This document shows, in pieces, positions 46,602-58,244 of a stretch of DNA of 64,000 nt; within the stretch, counting starts at the first letter, position 1, and every line of letters begins with the position of its first letter. Source of the stretch: Prorocentrum cordatum (Eukaryota); assembly GCA_963575745.1 (NCBI GenBank), contig CAUYUJ010000206.1, positions 1 through 64,000 of the forward strand, written 5' to 3'. The notes under the pieces were generated by a model, which did not search any database, was not told the origin of the DNA, and worked only from the letters and a program-made list of their open reading frames with translations. Both the position numbers and the translations under genes were made by a program.

Positions 46602-48304
46602 CATGCTCGCACAGCACCTCGATTTCACATTTTCATATTCTCACATTCTAGTCAGTCCACGTTCTAGTCAGTCGCATTCGAGACGATCGAAGTAGGTGCG
46701 GAAACAATGGGTGAACAGGACTCGCTGTCCGCGTCGCCGCACGCTGTCCACCTAAAACAAAAAGCAGCCCGCCCAACCGCGGGGGGCTGTCGTTTCTGGA
46801 CAGCACCTGCTGCTGGGCATCGTGTCCATTTCCTTCTACCCCTTTCGGGCTTTCAAGCCCATCAGTTCTGCACGAACGAGATGGGCACGGAAAGAATGGG
46901 TACACTGCTCAACAGCAGTTCCTGTTCATTTTGAAAAGGACTCGCTGTCCGCGCCGCCGCGGACTGTGTCCATTTGAGACAGGAGGCCGCCTGCCCAACA
47001 GCGGCCGCTGTTGATCTGGGACAACATGTGTTGTTGGTTTGGGACAACATGTGTTGTTGGGCGTCCAAATCAGTAGACGTTTGTCGCGAGCCTGCTCGCG
47101 GGGGGAGGGAGGAAGGGAGGGAGGGAGGGGGGGGGGGAGGAGGAGGAGGGAGAGGGGAGGGAGGGAGGGAGGAGAGGAGGGGAGGGAGGGGGGAAGGACC
47201 AGGAGGAGGAGGAGGAGGAGAGAGGGGAGGAGGGAGGAGGGAGGGAAGGGCAGTGCCCCCCTCCTCTCCTCCTCCTCCTCCCCCCCCCCCCCCTGGAATT
47301 CAAGTGGCCTGCGGGCGCCGACGCCAGAGTTCGCGGCCCCAAGGGCGGACCGATCCTTCCGGCTGCTCCTGGGGTCCCTTGGGGTGCCGGTCCTCCCAGG
47401 AGGGAGGGAGGGAGGGGAGGAGGAGGAGGAGGAGGAGGAGGAGGAGGAGGAGGAGGCGGGAGGGAAGGAGGGAGGGAGAGAGGGACCGAGCCCTCCCGCG
47501 CGGCCTCCAGCCGGGGGCGTGCGCGCCCTCCTGCGGCCACCCCTAGGAGGCGGGCCCCCTCTCCCTCGCGGCGCGGCAGCGGCGGTCGCTGCGCGGCCCG
47601 CGGCGGTCGCTGGCCGGGAGGGCGCTTCGCTTCGGTCCGCCCGTCCCCCCAGAGGTCCGCTGCCCGCTGTCCTCTCCCTCCCCCTCCTCTCCTCCTCCTC
47701 CTCCTCCTCCTCCCTCCCTTTCCTCCCTTCTCCTCTCCTCCTCCTCCCTCCTCCTGCTCCTCCTCCTCCTCCTCCTCCTCCTCCTCCTCCTCCTCCTCCT
47801 CCTCCTCCCCATCCCTCCCTCCTCCGATGCCTTCCCCCCCCCCCTCCTGCTCCGCTCCGTCTGATGTTGGAAACCATCGGGGGCAGCATTAGGGGGGGTT
47901 AGGCTTCGGGGGGTGTGGAACATCGAGCTAGGATCGGCGATACACCGACGATAGATCGACGATGGGCTCCCGATAGCGAATCCGCACATCCCCAGGCGGG
48001 GTGGGCTATCATGCCCCCATCGGCGACATATCGCCAATCCCAGCTAAGTGTTCCCCCCCTTCAGCGTTGACTTTCAAATGAGGGGGACAGGGACGCCCGG
48101 GCGACGATGGGGGACGCAAGGGCCAAGGGCAGCGACGGGTTGGAGGGCCAGGGCGCGGAGGACGCGAGGGAGGGCAACGGGACTCAGGCGCTCGTCGTCC
48201 ACGACGGCGCCTTGAAGGGCTTCACCCAGCGCCTCCTCAGGACGGTTCTCCCGCGTGTGGCAGCTTACGAGAGCAGGAGAAAGACGAGGAGAAATGAGGA
48301 GACG

Positions 48305-48325
48305 GATGATGGTGATGAAGGATGG

Positions 48326-48369
<44 letters not shown>

Positions 48370-48391
48370 CTGATGCTGATGCTGATGCTGC

Positions 48392-48450
<59 letters not shown>

Positions 48451-48643
48451 TTGATGCTGATGCTGATGCTGATGCGGGTGCTGATGCTGATGCTGATGCT
48501 GCTGTTGATGTTGATGCTGGTGCTGATGTTGATGCTGATGATGATGATGATGAGGAGGAGGAGGAGGAGAAGGAGGAGGATTGATGATAGTTTGTGATAA
48601 TTGGCGATGATGATGCTGATGATGCTGATGATGGTGATACTGG

Positions 48644-48723
<80 letters not shown>
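48305..48723. repeat. (GAT)n / (GCT)n microsatellite
   Basis: Directly visible. Confidence 0.96.
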
Positions 48724-48725
<2 letters not shown>

Positions 48726-48749
48726 GAAGTCGTGATTTGTGTGTAGTCA

Positions 48750-49527
48750 AAATGTTCACGCTGCGCGAATCCCCACCAGCCCATCCTAAAACAGCCACTT
48801 TAGGAAAGAGTACCGACTGTCGGGATGTGTTGGTCATCTTTTCAGCAATGATGCCCAGAGGAGTTGCTTTGAGTCGATCAGGGAAGTGTGGGAGCATGCA
48901 GAGAAACGAAGGACAGGGGATGCCGCCATATCCCAAGAGGGGAGGATGGAGGAGGAATCGGAGGAGGAGGTGGGGGAGGGGAGGAGGGAGGAGGAAGAGG
49001 GGGAGGCGGACGAGGAGGGGAGAACGAGCAGAAGGGCCAGAGGCCTCTTGGATGCATCGCGGAGTCTCTTGGGATGTCTTTTGGGAGCCTCTTGGAGGCC
49101 TTTTGGGGCGTCTTGGGGGCCTCTTGGCGGCCCCAGGGGCTTCCAGGAGCGTCTTGGGTGCCTCGGGGGAGCCTCTTGGGGCCTCTTGGGGGCATCTTGG
49201 GGGCCTCTTGGAGGCCTCTTGGGGCCTCTTGGGGCTCTTTGGGAGGGGTCTGGGAGGTATCTTGGGGCCATCTTTCGGGCGATCGATCACGGATGGGGCG
49301 AGCATTTTTCTCCTTCCCCCGTCGGAGCCAGAATCTTCGTGAGGGGTGTCGAATTTTAGCCCTCCCAGGAGTCGAAAAGGACCCCTCCAACCACTCGCGG
49401 AACGCCCTCTCCAGGCCCAGGGGGAGGGGGTAGGGGGAGGGGTAAACCCCTCCCCGAAGGGGAAGAAGGGGGTTGAGAACAGAGCGGGCTCTCTAAACCA
49501 CTCACGCCCAAAGGGCTGGTGGGATTC
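48750..49527 (+). mobile_element. Non-autonomous element with sub-terminal inverted repeats and a 3' hairpin (Helentron/DINE-like)
   Basis: AATCCCCACCAGCCC (48768-48782) versus GGGCTGGTGGGATT (49513-49526); hairpin GCCC-AAA-GGGC; ends in TT; internal GGGGCCTCTT repeats. Confidence 0.55.
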
Positions 49528-49529
49528 TC

Positions 49530-51720
49530 TTGGACCACCAATGCCCTCTATCTTGAAAGGCTTTGGAATACGTCGGGATTCCTAAGCAGGACTCGCACGG
49601 AACATCCACTTTCGAAAAGAGTTTACGTTGGATCGCCAAGTCAGCGATCAGCCAAAAGTGGTATTCACATGCATTGAGAGAGCAGTTGCGTTCGCAAGTT
49701 CAGCCGACACACGTCGCGACTTTTGGTTTCAAGCGGGGGAGACGGACCACCGATATCATATCGGTCATACGGCAATGCCTACACAGCGCAGCAACATTTC
49801 AAGGGGCTACCATATTTATCACGTCTCTTGATATCCGAATTCCTTTCGATGACATGTTGCACGGCGTCCTTGAGAAGGCAATGCGGTGGCGGCGCATACA
49901 CCCGATGATGATACACCACGTGTTCAGGGATCTGAGCGGGCTTTCAGCGCACATTCGGTTGGCAGGCTGCGAATTGACCAACGCTATTCCTTTCACGAAG
50001 GGCGGCAAGCAGGGTGGTGTTGACGCGCCAGACTTGTTCAACCTAGTCGTTGAGATTTTGCTGAATGACACGGTCATTTCTTGGGCTAGGAAGGGCATGG
50101 GAAGTTCTTTATCGAACGGGGCCCCGATCTCCAATTTGATACTGTGTGACAATGTTTGGTTGCTGGCTGACAGCAGAGAATCCATGCAGCAAATGGTGAC
50201 AGAAGCCACTGATGCCATCCGCGCCAGGGGCTTCATGTGGAAGGCTCGCGGTGACGCGACTGTTGAGGACGCAGCCGGCGTCCGCTGTGCAGTGGGGGAT
50301 TCGATTGTTGAGTTTGCATTGGTGCAGCGCATGCTTGTCCTGGGCGAGATGTTGGACAACCACGGCAGCTCTGCGACCAGCATCGATTTCAGGCTGTGTA
50401 ATGCCGAGGGGAATTTCTGGGCAAATTCACATGCGTTCTGTGCCCCAGGGCTGGTGGTTGACGCATTGGGTGCTTGGAGCAGGGGGCCGAGAGCGTCTGC
50501 CCTCCACGGAGTACACAAGTGGCACCTTACGCGGGACCTACTTCACAGACCCTTGACGTGGGAGCTTAAATTGTTGCGGCGGACGCTCCGCTTGCGCCGC
50601 AAACCTGGGGAGACACATGCAGATGATTTACAAAACACTGCCTTGAGAATCAAACAGTGGATGGCATGGTCCGGATATGCCCCTGCCCATGTAGTCGCAT
50701 TAAGATCGTATTTCCGTGGGGCCTACCGCGAGCGCAAGTCTTGCATGGAGAACGGCACGTCTCTGATCATCTCGGCGAAGGAGTACATTTTTAGATATTT
50801 TTAGCTTGGAATGGGAGGCTTGCGAAGATTTCACGGCCAAGCGGCGTCGCTTAGACGGATTTCTGCAACGCGGCGGTAGCCGTCGAGCATGTTGGGAAGA
50901 TCCGATAGCACACTGTATGGAACAGTGGCGACGAAACAGAGAGGATATGACGTGGCTGGGGTGGAATAGGCGATCCACGGGCCTCATTGGAGAAATATGC
51001 GCTCGGTGGCATCTGCCACTCTGCGACGATGGCGACCGAGGCGGGCTTCCAGCCACGGGCACGCACTCAAACCGCGGGGCGAAGGGCGACAGGCGGACCT
51101 TCAGAGGCCTGGGGCCCGAGCCTGACGAGCTCCACGACGCCGTTGCTGTTCATGCGGAGTGGGCTTCCGAGAAGAAGCACATCTTGTATGCGACGGATCC
51201 CAACTTGTTGCAGGAAGTATTATGTGGCCACGCAAGACTGCATGACGAGGGGTACGAACCTTTACCCACGCGGGTGCTGTGGTGGATCGTTGATCATATG
51301 GGTCGTGGGTGGCTGCCACAGTACATCAACCAAGACCCGGCGCAATGGTGGAGGCGGAGCTACAACAAGGTAGCGGACGGCCTGGCCAATGTTACAATGG
51401 ATACCCGGAGAACGTGGACCACGAGATGCGCGCACAATCTGTCCATTGAGGAAGCAAACGTTGTGGTTCAGACGGACGGGGGCCTACATTAAGGTGATTG
51501 TGCCGCGGCTGGTTAGCTAATCGGTCTATGGGGTAAGCCTGCTGATGGCCACCAATAGCAGTATGAACCGATCGTTGTGCACGGGACGTTCCCCGAGTTA
51601 CCCTGCACGGTTTTCGTGGCAGAGGCTATCGCGTTGGACGAAGCATCACGAGGCCGCCCTAGTTTCTCAACTGAGGCAACGGCTGGCCTTTAGGTGTTTG
51701 GAGACCGTCATGAACATAAC
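49530..51720 (+). pseudogene. 5'-truncated, decayed non-LTR retrotransposon (RT plus RNase H-like region) ending in (GAT)n
   Basis: IPK / FGFKRGR / LDI..FD / KGGKQGG..PDLFN / LCDN / VLG; RNase H motifs at 51181-51650 with internal stops; runs into (GAT)n at 51720-51857. Confidence 0.88.
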
Positions 51721-51790
51721 TGATGATGATGATGATGGTTGAAGATGGATGATTATGATGATGTGGATGATGCTGTTGATGGTCATGATG

Positions 51791-51857
<67 letters not shown>

Positions 51858-52023
51858 GGGGGAGGAGGAGAGATGTAATGAGGAGGAAGTGGAGGACGAG
51901 CAGGAGGAGGCGGAGGAGCAGGATCAGGAGTGGTGGGAGGAGGAGGAGGAGGAGGAGGAGGAGGAGGAGAAGGAGGAGGAGAAGGAAGATGAGGAGGAGC
52001 AAGGGAAAGAAAAGGAGGAGGAG

Positions 52024-53785
52024 GACCCACGACTCACCAACGATATCCAACGATGTTGGAATACACTCTCCTTCCAAGCTCCCTCTTCATAGGTCCCTAC
52101 AAGGGTTCATTTCCATTGAGGGACTTGCCCCGTTTGGGGACTGCTGTGCGAAAATCCTGAAGCGTGCCAGAACACCATTTTGAGGACATGCCACGAATTA
52201 GCCCGACTGTTACGCCTTGGCGATCCTGAATCGTGCCAGGACGCACTTCTTGGGACTTCAACCCTGCGAATCAACGTAACTGTTGCGCCTTGACAGTCCT
52301 GAATCGCTCCATAACATCATGTGTGGTACGTAAACCATGAGAACCGTTAAAAATATTGCAAATCTGTGCTCGGCCACATTTTGAAAAAGGGACCGCCCTC
52401 AACCCATGAAGCTCTAGCCATGTTTTAGACGAATGCGCGCGGCGCTAAGGCGAGAGCCACATGTTGAAAAGGAGCCGCCTTTTAACCCGCGAAGCTCTTG
52501 CAAGTTTTGTTTAACGACTGCGCGCAGCGCTAAGGCGATATTCACATTTTGAAAACGGCCCGCCCTCATTCCGCAAAGCTCTTGCACTTGCTTCAACCAG
52601 CCACATTTTGAAAAGAAGCCGCCCTCAATCCGCAAAAATCTTGCAGTTTTAAAGATTCCCGCGGCGCTAGGGCGAGAGCCACATTTTGAAAACCACCCGC
52701 CCTCCATGTGTGAAATTGCTGCCGATCTTTAAACTTCAGGGTCATCATTGGCGATGAAGTCCCAGGCGAAACGCCCAGCCCGCCCTTTCGACCGGCTTCA
52801 GGGTGTGACCGGGAGGGGTTATCTATAAGGAAGAGGAATTGCGGAAGAGGACCAGTGTAAACCAAAGATTCATCAGCGATGTTGGAATACATCCCCCTTC
52901 CCAAGCTCCCTCTTCACAGGCCCCTGCAAAGATTCCGTTCCACTGAGGAAAGTGCCTCGTGGGGGGACCGCCGTGAAAATCTCGAAGCGTGCCAAAAATC
53001 TTTCTCAGGACTTCAACGCCACGAGTCAACCTGACCGTTGCGCCTTGACAGCCGTAATCGTGCCAGAACACCACTCCTGGGATTTCAACACCGCGAATTA
53101 ACGCAACTGTTGCGCCTTGACAATCCTGAATCGCTCCTCGACGCCACTGTTGGTACGCTAACCATTAGAATCAGTTGAACTCGTGCAAAGTTGTTCAACG
53201 AATGTGCGCGGCGCTACTGCGAGAGCCCTAATTTGAAAAGAAACCGCCCTAAATCTGTGAAGGTATTGCAGGTTAAGTCGAACGAATGTGCGCGGCGCTC
53301 AGGCGAGAGCCACAGTTTGGAAAGCAATCGCCTTCAATCCGTTCAACTCTGGACAGTTGTTTAACGAATGTGCGCGGCGCTGAGGCGAGAGCCACATGTT
53401 GAAAACCACCCGCCGTCAATCCTTGCATTTTAAGTGCGAGCGCCGGCGGCGCTAAGGCGAGAGCCACAGTTTGAACACGACCCGCCGTCAATCAGCGAAA
53501 TGTTTGCAAGTTGTTATACGAATGCGCGCAGCGCTAAGGCAACAGCCATATAATGAAAACGACACGCCCTCAATCTGGGAGGCTCTTGCAAATTGGTCAA
53601 ACGAATGTGCGTGGCGCTACGTCGAGAGCCTCATTTTGAACCCCCACCGCCCCCCATTTGTGAAATCGTTGCCAGCTGTTCATCTTGAGGCTTGTAAACT
53701 TATGAATGGTAAGGAAGTCTCATGCGAAACGCCCGGCCAGTCCTTCCGACTGGCCTCGGGGTGCGACAGGGAGGAGTTATTCAGA
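52024..53785 (-). mobile_element. Two head-to-tail copies (52024-52826 and 52850-53785) of the 26695-27380 repeat family
   Basis: Shared CGATGTTGGAATA...CCAAGCTCCC block, variable number of ~80-bp subunits, shared GCGAAACGCCC...GGGGTGCGACAGGGAG block; flanked by (GGA)n. Confidence 0.8.
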
Positions 53786-54543
53786 AGGACAAGGAATGGG
53801 GGACGAGAGGGAGGGAGGAGGAGGAGGAGGAGGGGGAGGAGGAGGAGGAGGAGGGGAGGAGAGGAGGACTCCGAGGAGGAGGAGGAGGAGGACGAGGAGG
53901 AGAAGGAGGAGAGAGGAGGAGGAGGGGGGTGAGGAGGAGGAAGATAAGAGGAGGAGGAGGAGGAGGAGGAGAGGAGGAACAGGAGGAGGAGGAGGAGGAG
54001 GAGGAGAGGAGAAGAAGAAGACGAGGAGGAGGCAGGAGGGAGGAGGAGGAGGAGGACAGGAGGGGGAGGAGGAGGAGGAGGAGGAGGAGGAGGAGGAGGA
54101 GGAGGAGGAGGACGAGGAGGAGCAGGAGGAGGAGGAGGAGGAAAAGGAGGAGGAAGAGGAGGAAGAGGAGGGAGATCAGGAATAGCGGCTGGAGCTTGAC
54201 CACACGCCCTTTGCCAGCCCAGCGCCCGGGGCACGGCGCGCACGGGGAGGCCTGCGCGCAGTTGCAGCGGGCCCTTCAGCGCCGAGTTCGCGTCAGAGCG
54301 GCGCGGCGACGCGTTTGAGCGGGCCGTTCCTCTGCTGGCAAGCTGAGCGACGCAAAAAAGGTGGTCGTCTGCGCCTACATTGGCGCGTGAGCTGCCCGCC
54401 TAGGGTCGCGCGTCAGCGCCCTCGCTTCCATCGCAGCGTGCCGCGCTGGCGGCCCGCGTAGGCCGCCGCGTGAGGTCGCTACGCCACCTCGCGTGGGACT
54501 CGTTTTCGATCGTCGCGCAGGTGTGGGGTTGCGCACAGACAGC

Positions 54544-54721
54544 CCCAGGTGGTCCCGGCTGGCCTCAACAGGCCTCCCGAGTAGTCTCAGGCGGTCTCGA
54601 CACCGTGGCGCTCCGCGTCCCAAGGTTGAGGTATTGAGATTGCCCCGACTACTCCAAGGGCCTGTTGAGGCCAGCTGGGACCACTCGGCTGGCCTGCCGA
54701 GGCCAGCCGGGACCACCTGGG
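54544..54721. repeat. Nested inverted-repeat (foldback) element
   Basis: Perfect 23-bp inverted repeat at 54544-54566 and 54699-54721, plus an alternative right arm at about 54630-54684. Confidence 0.85.
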
Positions 54722-55277
54722 CGGGTTGCCCGTGCCCAACCCGAAGCCTTACCATCCCCCGCAGTCACGACGCCGAAGCAAGGATCGCTTCGGGTTTGAG
54801 AGGGGGGCTCTGGTCTTCGGGCCGCTCCAGAGATCCGGGCCGGGAAGCCTCGTGCGCTGCCGAGGCCCGGCGGGGCCAGGCAAGCCCTTTCAGGGACTGC
54901 ACGACGCCACCTAATCGGTGTGACAGAACGGGCATCGACTGCGTGGACACCCAGGTCACCTGCGGGGGCGCGACGACAGTCGCTGCCAGAGCGGCGAGAG
55001 GGGCGGCCTGGGCCAGGGCGGCTGCCCTTCGCCGAGGGGGGCGGCGTGGGGGCGCCGAAGGTGATGGCACGTCGCGGGACGCGAAGCGCGAGCTCTGGTG
55101 GCCCAGCTGAGAAAACGGAGGCCTACTGCGTGGACGCCAGCGCGTGAGCTACCGGCGCGCGGTCGCGCGCAAGCGCCCTCTTTTCCACGTGGAGTGCCGC
55201 GTCGGCGACCTGCGCGAGCCATCGGGCGAGGTCGCCGTGTCCTCACGCTTGAGACCCGTCTTGTTCCTCTCTTGCCC

Positions 55278-55767
55278 ACCTGCGCTCGCCGTGCCGTGGG
55301 CAGGTGCCCGAGGCAGGGCGGCGCCGAGCGCGCGCGCGCTCCTGGGCGGCCCGCCCGCGCGCAGCTCGTGGTGCGGACTCTCTACGCCTTGAGGCCTCCC
55401 CCACGCGTTCCCCTCTCGTCTGTGTGCCCTTGCCAGAGGAGGAGGAGGAGGAGGAGGAGGAGGAGGAGGAGGAGGAGGAGGAGCAGGAGGAGCAGGAGGA
55501 GCAGGAGGAGCAGGAGGAGCAGGAGGAGCAGGAGGAGCAGGGAGGAGGCAGGAGGAGCAGGAGGAGCAGGAGAGCAGGAGGAGCAGGAGGAGCAGGAGGT
55601 GAGCAGGAGGACCTGCGCTCGCCGTGCCGTGGGCAGGTGCCCGAGGCAGGGCGGCGCCGAGCGCGCGCGCGCTCCTGGGCGGCCCGCCCGCGCGCAGCTC
55701 GTGGTGCGGACTCTCTACGCCTTGAGGCCTCCCCCACGCGTTCCCCTCTCGTCTGTGTGCCCTTGCC
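55278..55767 (+). repeat. About 155-bp near-identical direct duplication separated by GGA/GCA repeat
   Basis: ACCTGCGCTCGCCGTGCC...GTGTGCCCTTGCC at about 55278-55434 and about 55611-55767. Confidence 0.92.
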
Positions 55768-56970
55768 CCGTTGCCAGAGAGGAGGGAAGGGAGGGGAGGG
55801 AGTAGGAGGATGTGAGGAGGAAGGAGGAAGGAGGAAAAGAAGGGGGGCGGGTAGGGGGGATGGGGGGGGAGGAGAAGGAGGGGGAGACGGGGGGTCAGGA
55901 AGAGGAGGAGGAGCGAGGGGAGGTGGCAGGAGGAGCAGAGGAGGAGCAGGAAGTGAAGCAGGAGGAGCAGGAGTACGAGGAGGAGGAGGAGGCGGAGCAG
56001 GAGGAGCAGGAAGGAGCAGAGAGCAGGAGGAGCAGGAGGAGCAGGAGGAGCAGGAGGAGCAGTAGGAGTCAGGAGGAGGCAGAGGAGCATGAGCAGAGGG
56101 AGCAGGAGAGAGGGGAACAGGAGGAGGAAGGACGAGGACGAGGAGGGGAGTAGGAGCAGGAGGGGGGGAGGGAGGAAGGAGGAGGAGGAGGAGGAGGATG
56201 AGGAGGAGAGGAGGAGGACGAGGAGGGAGGAGGGGAGGAGGAGGAGGGGGAGGATGAGGAGGAGGAGCAGAAAGGAGGAAGCAGGAGGAGAGGGCGGGGA
56301 GGAGGAGGGACGGAGGAGGAGGGGAGGAGGAGGAGGACCCTGTACCTTGAGTGCTCCACACCCGCGCTCCTCCTCCGCCTCCGCCCCCCTTTCTTTCTTT
56401 CTTCTCCACAAATCACCCCTCGTCGGGGGGGTCGGTCGGTCGGGGGGGGGGGCGGCGGGGGGTGCCCGGCCGCGCGCTGGATGCCGCGCCCCCTCAGCGC
56501 CCGCCCCCTCGCGGGGCGGCTCGGTCGCGGGCGGCGGCGATCGAGCGCGAGCGCGCCCCCCTCGCGGCGGCCCGGAGAGGCACAGGGCGTGGCTGGTGAC
56601 TTTCTACTTGCAAAACCAGCTCTCATGTGGTGCCCACAGGGCCCAGGGATCGCGAGGGAGGAGAAGGAGGAATGAGGGGAGGATGACGGGATGAGAAGGA
56701 GGGGAGGAGGAAGGAGGAGGAGGAGAGGAGGAGGGAAGGAGGAGGAGGGCGGAGGGAAGGAGGAGGGAGAAGGGAGAGGAGGAGGGAGGAGGGAGGGAGG
56801 GAGGAGGAGGAAGGAGAGAGGAGGAGGAGGAGGAGGAGGAGGAGGAGGAGGGGGAGGAGGGGAAGTAGGAGGAGGAGGACGAGGAGGAGGAGGAGGAAGA
56901 GGAGCAGGAGATCGACTGCAGAGTCGAGGTGCCCCCCAGAATTGGAAGTCTGGCCAAGCTGACGCAAATG

Positions 56971-57173
56971 ATCGGCGGCACGAGCGAGGGGGGGAAGTGA
57001 GAAGGAGAGGGCCTTCTCAGAAAGCGGTGGGACTTCTCAGAACCCCCCGCGCCTTTGTGAGGTTTTGTGTGCCTTCGGGGAAGGCTTAGAAAACTGCGCA
57101 GAAGGCCGAAGGACTTCCGAGCCTTCTGAGAAGGCCCGCCCCTTTTCATTTTCCCCCCAGGCTCGCCGCCGAA
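56971..57173. mobile_element. Foldback MITE, copy 2 (of 36071-36252)
   Basis: Same termini and CTTCTCAGAA / TTCTGAGAAG repeats, more diverged. Confidence 0.72.
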
Positions 57174-57264
57174 CATAATTGATACATCCCAAAATTGGAA
57201 TGTTTGTTTCGCACTGTTTCTCTCGCAAGTTCGACGAGGGAATCAATTTCGGGGTACTGGTCAA

Positions 57265-57363
57265 TCGACTACGACGACCACTGCGACTACAATTATTGTT
57301 ACTGCTGCTACTACTACAACTACAACAAGAACAACAACAACACCAACAACAACAACAACAACA

Positions 57364-57401
<38 letters not shown>

Positions 57402-57566
57402 CACTACCACTACCACTACCACTACCACTACCACTACCACTACCACTACCACTACACTACTACCTACTACTACTACTACTACTACTACTCCTACTACTAC
57501 TACTACCTACTACTACTACTACTACTACTACTACTTACCTACGACTACTACTCCTTACTAACTATG

Positions 57567-57622
<56 letters not shown>
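57265..57622. repeat. (CTA)n / (CAA)n / (CTACCA)n microsatellite
   Basis: Directly visible. Confidence 0.96.
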
Positions 57623-57624
<2 letters not shown>

Positions 57625-57773
57625 GGTCTCGTGCACCACATCACCACGGCTCAACCGCCTTGGGATGAGCGTCCTTGTGGCTGCCTCATTTCTAGTATGT
57701 AGCGAGCACCTCTTCTGGGTGAAATGGCGGGTCTGACGTGCATGCAGCGGCGGGCGCTTATCCGAGTAAAGCG

Positions 57774-58010
57774 ACAGCGGCGGCACAGCAGCACACGGGG
57801 CGACCCCAGTACCGCCATCGAGGCCAACGAGCGCAAGTAGGCGCGAGGAGAGGCCAGGATGGCAAGCCAAAATGGCTAGGCGCACAGCGGCGGCACGGCA
57901 GCACACGGGGCGACCACAGTACCGCCACCGAGGCCAACGAGCGCAAGTAGGCGCGAGAAGAGGCCAGGATGGCAAGCCAAAATGGCAAGCCAGAGTGGCT
58001 TGGCGCACAG
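57774..58010 (-). repeat. Two 110-bp tandem repeats downstream of the minus-strand ORF, containing an SL-like core
   Basis: Units start at 57774 and 57884; minus strand reads TAGCCATTTTGGCT at 57865-57878. Confidence 0.85.
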
Positions 58011-58244
58011 TTGACCGTGCGAAGAGCGAAGGCCTAAGCACCAGGGCCCGCGGCGCGAGGGGGGGCACCACTGTGGGCGCACCCGCGCGAGCTGGCAAGG
58101 CGGCGTTGCTAACGCTGGAGCGTGAGCGAGCATACAGGCTCAGCATCCTTGAGAGTGGCAGGCTCGGGATCTTAACAGGGACTCCCGTAGCCTCCCCGAG
58201 GGCTTGGAAGTAAACGATGCTGGGGGCCTGCAGAGTCTCAGCGT

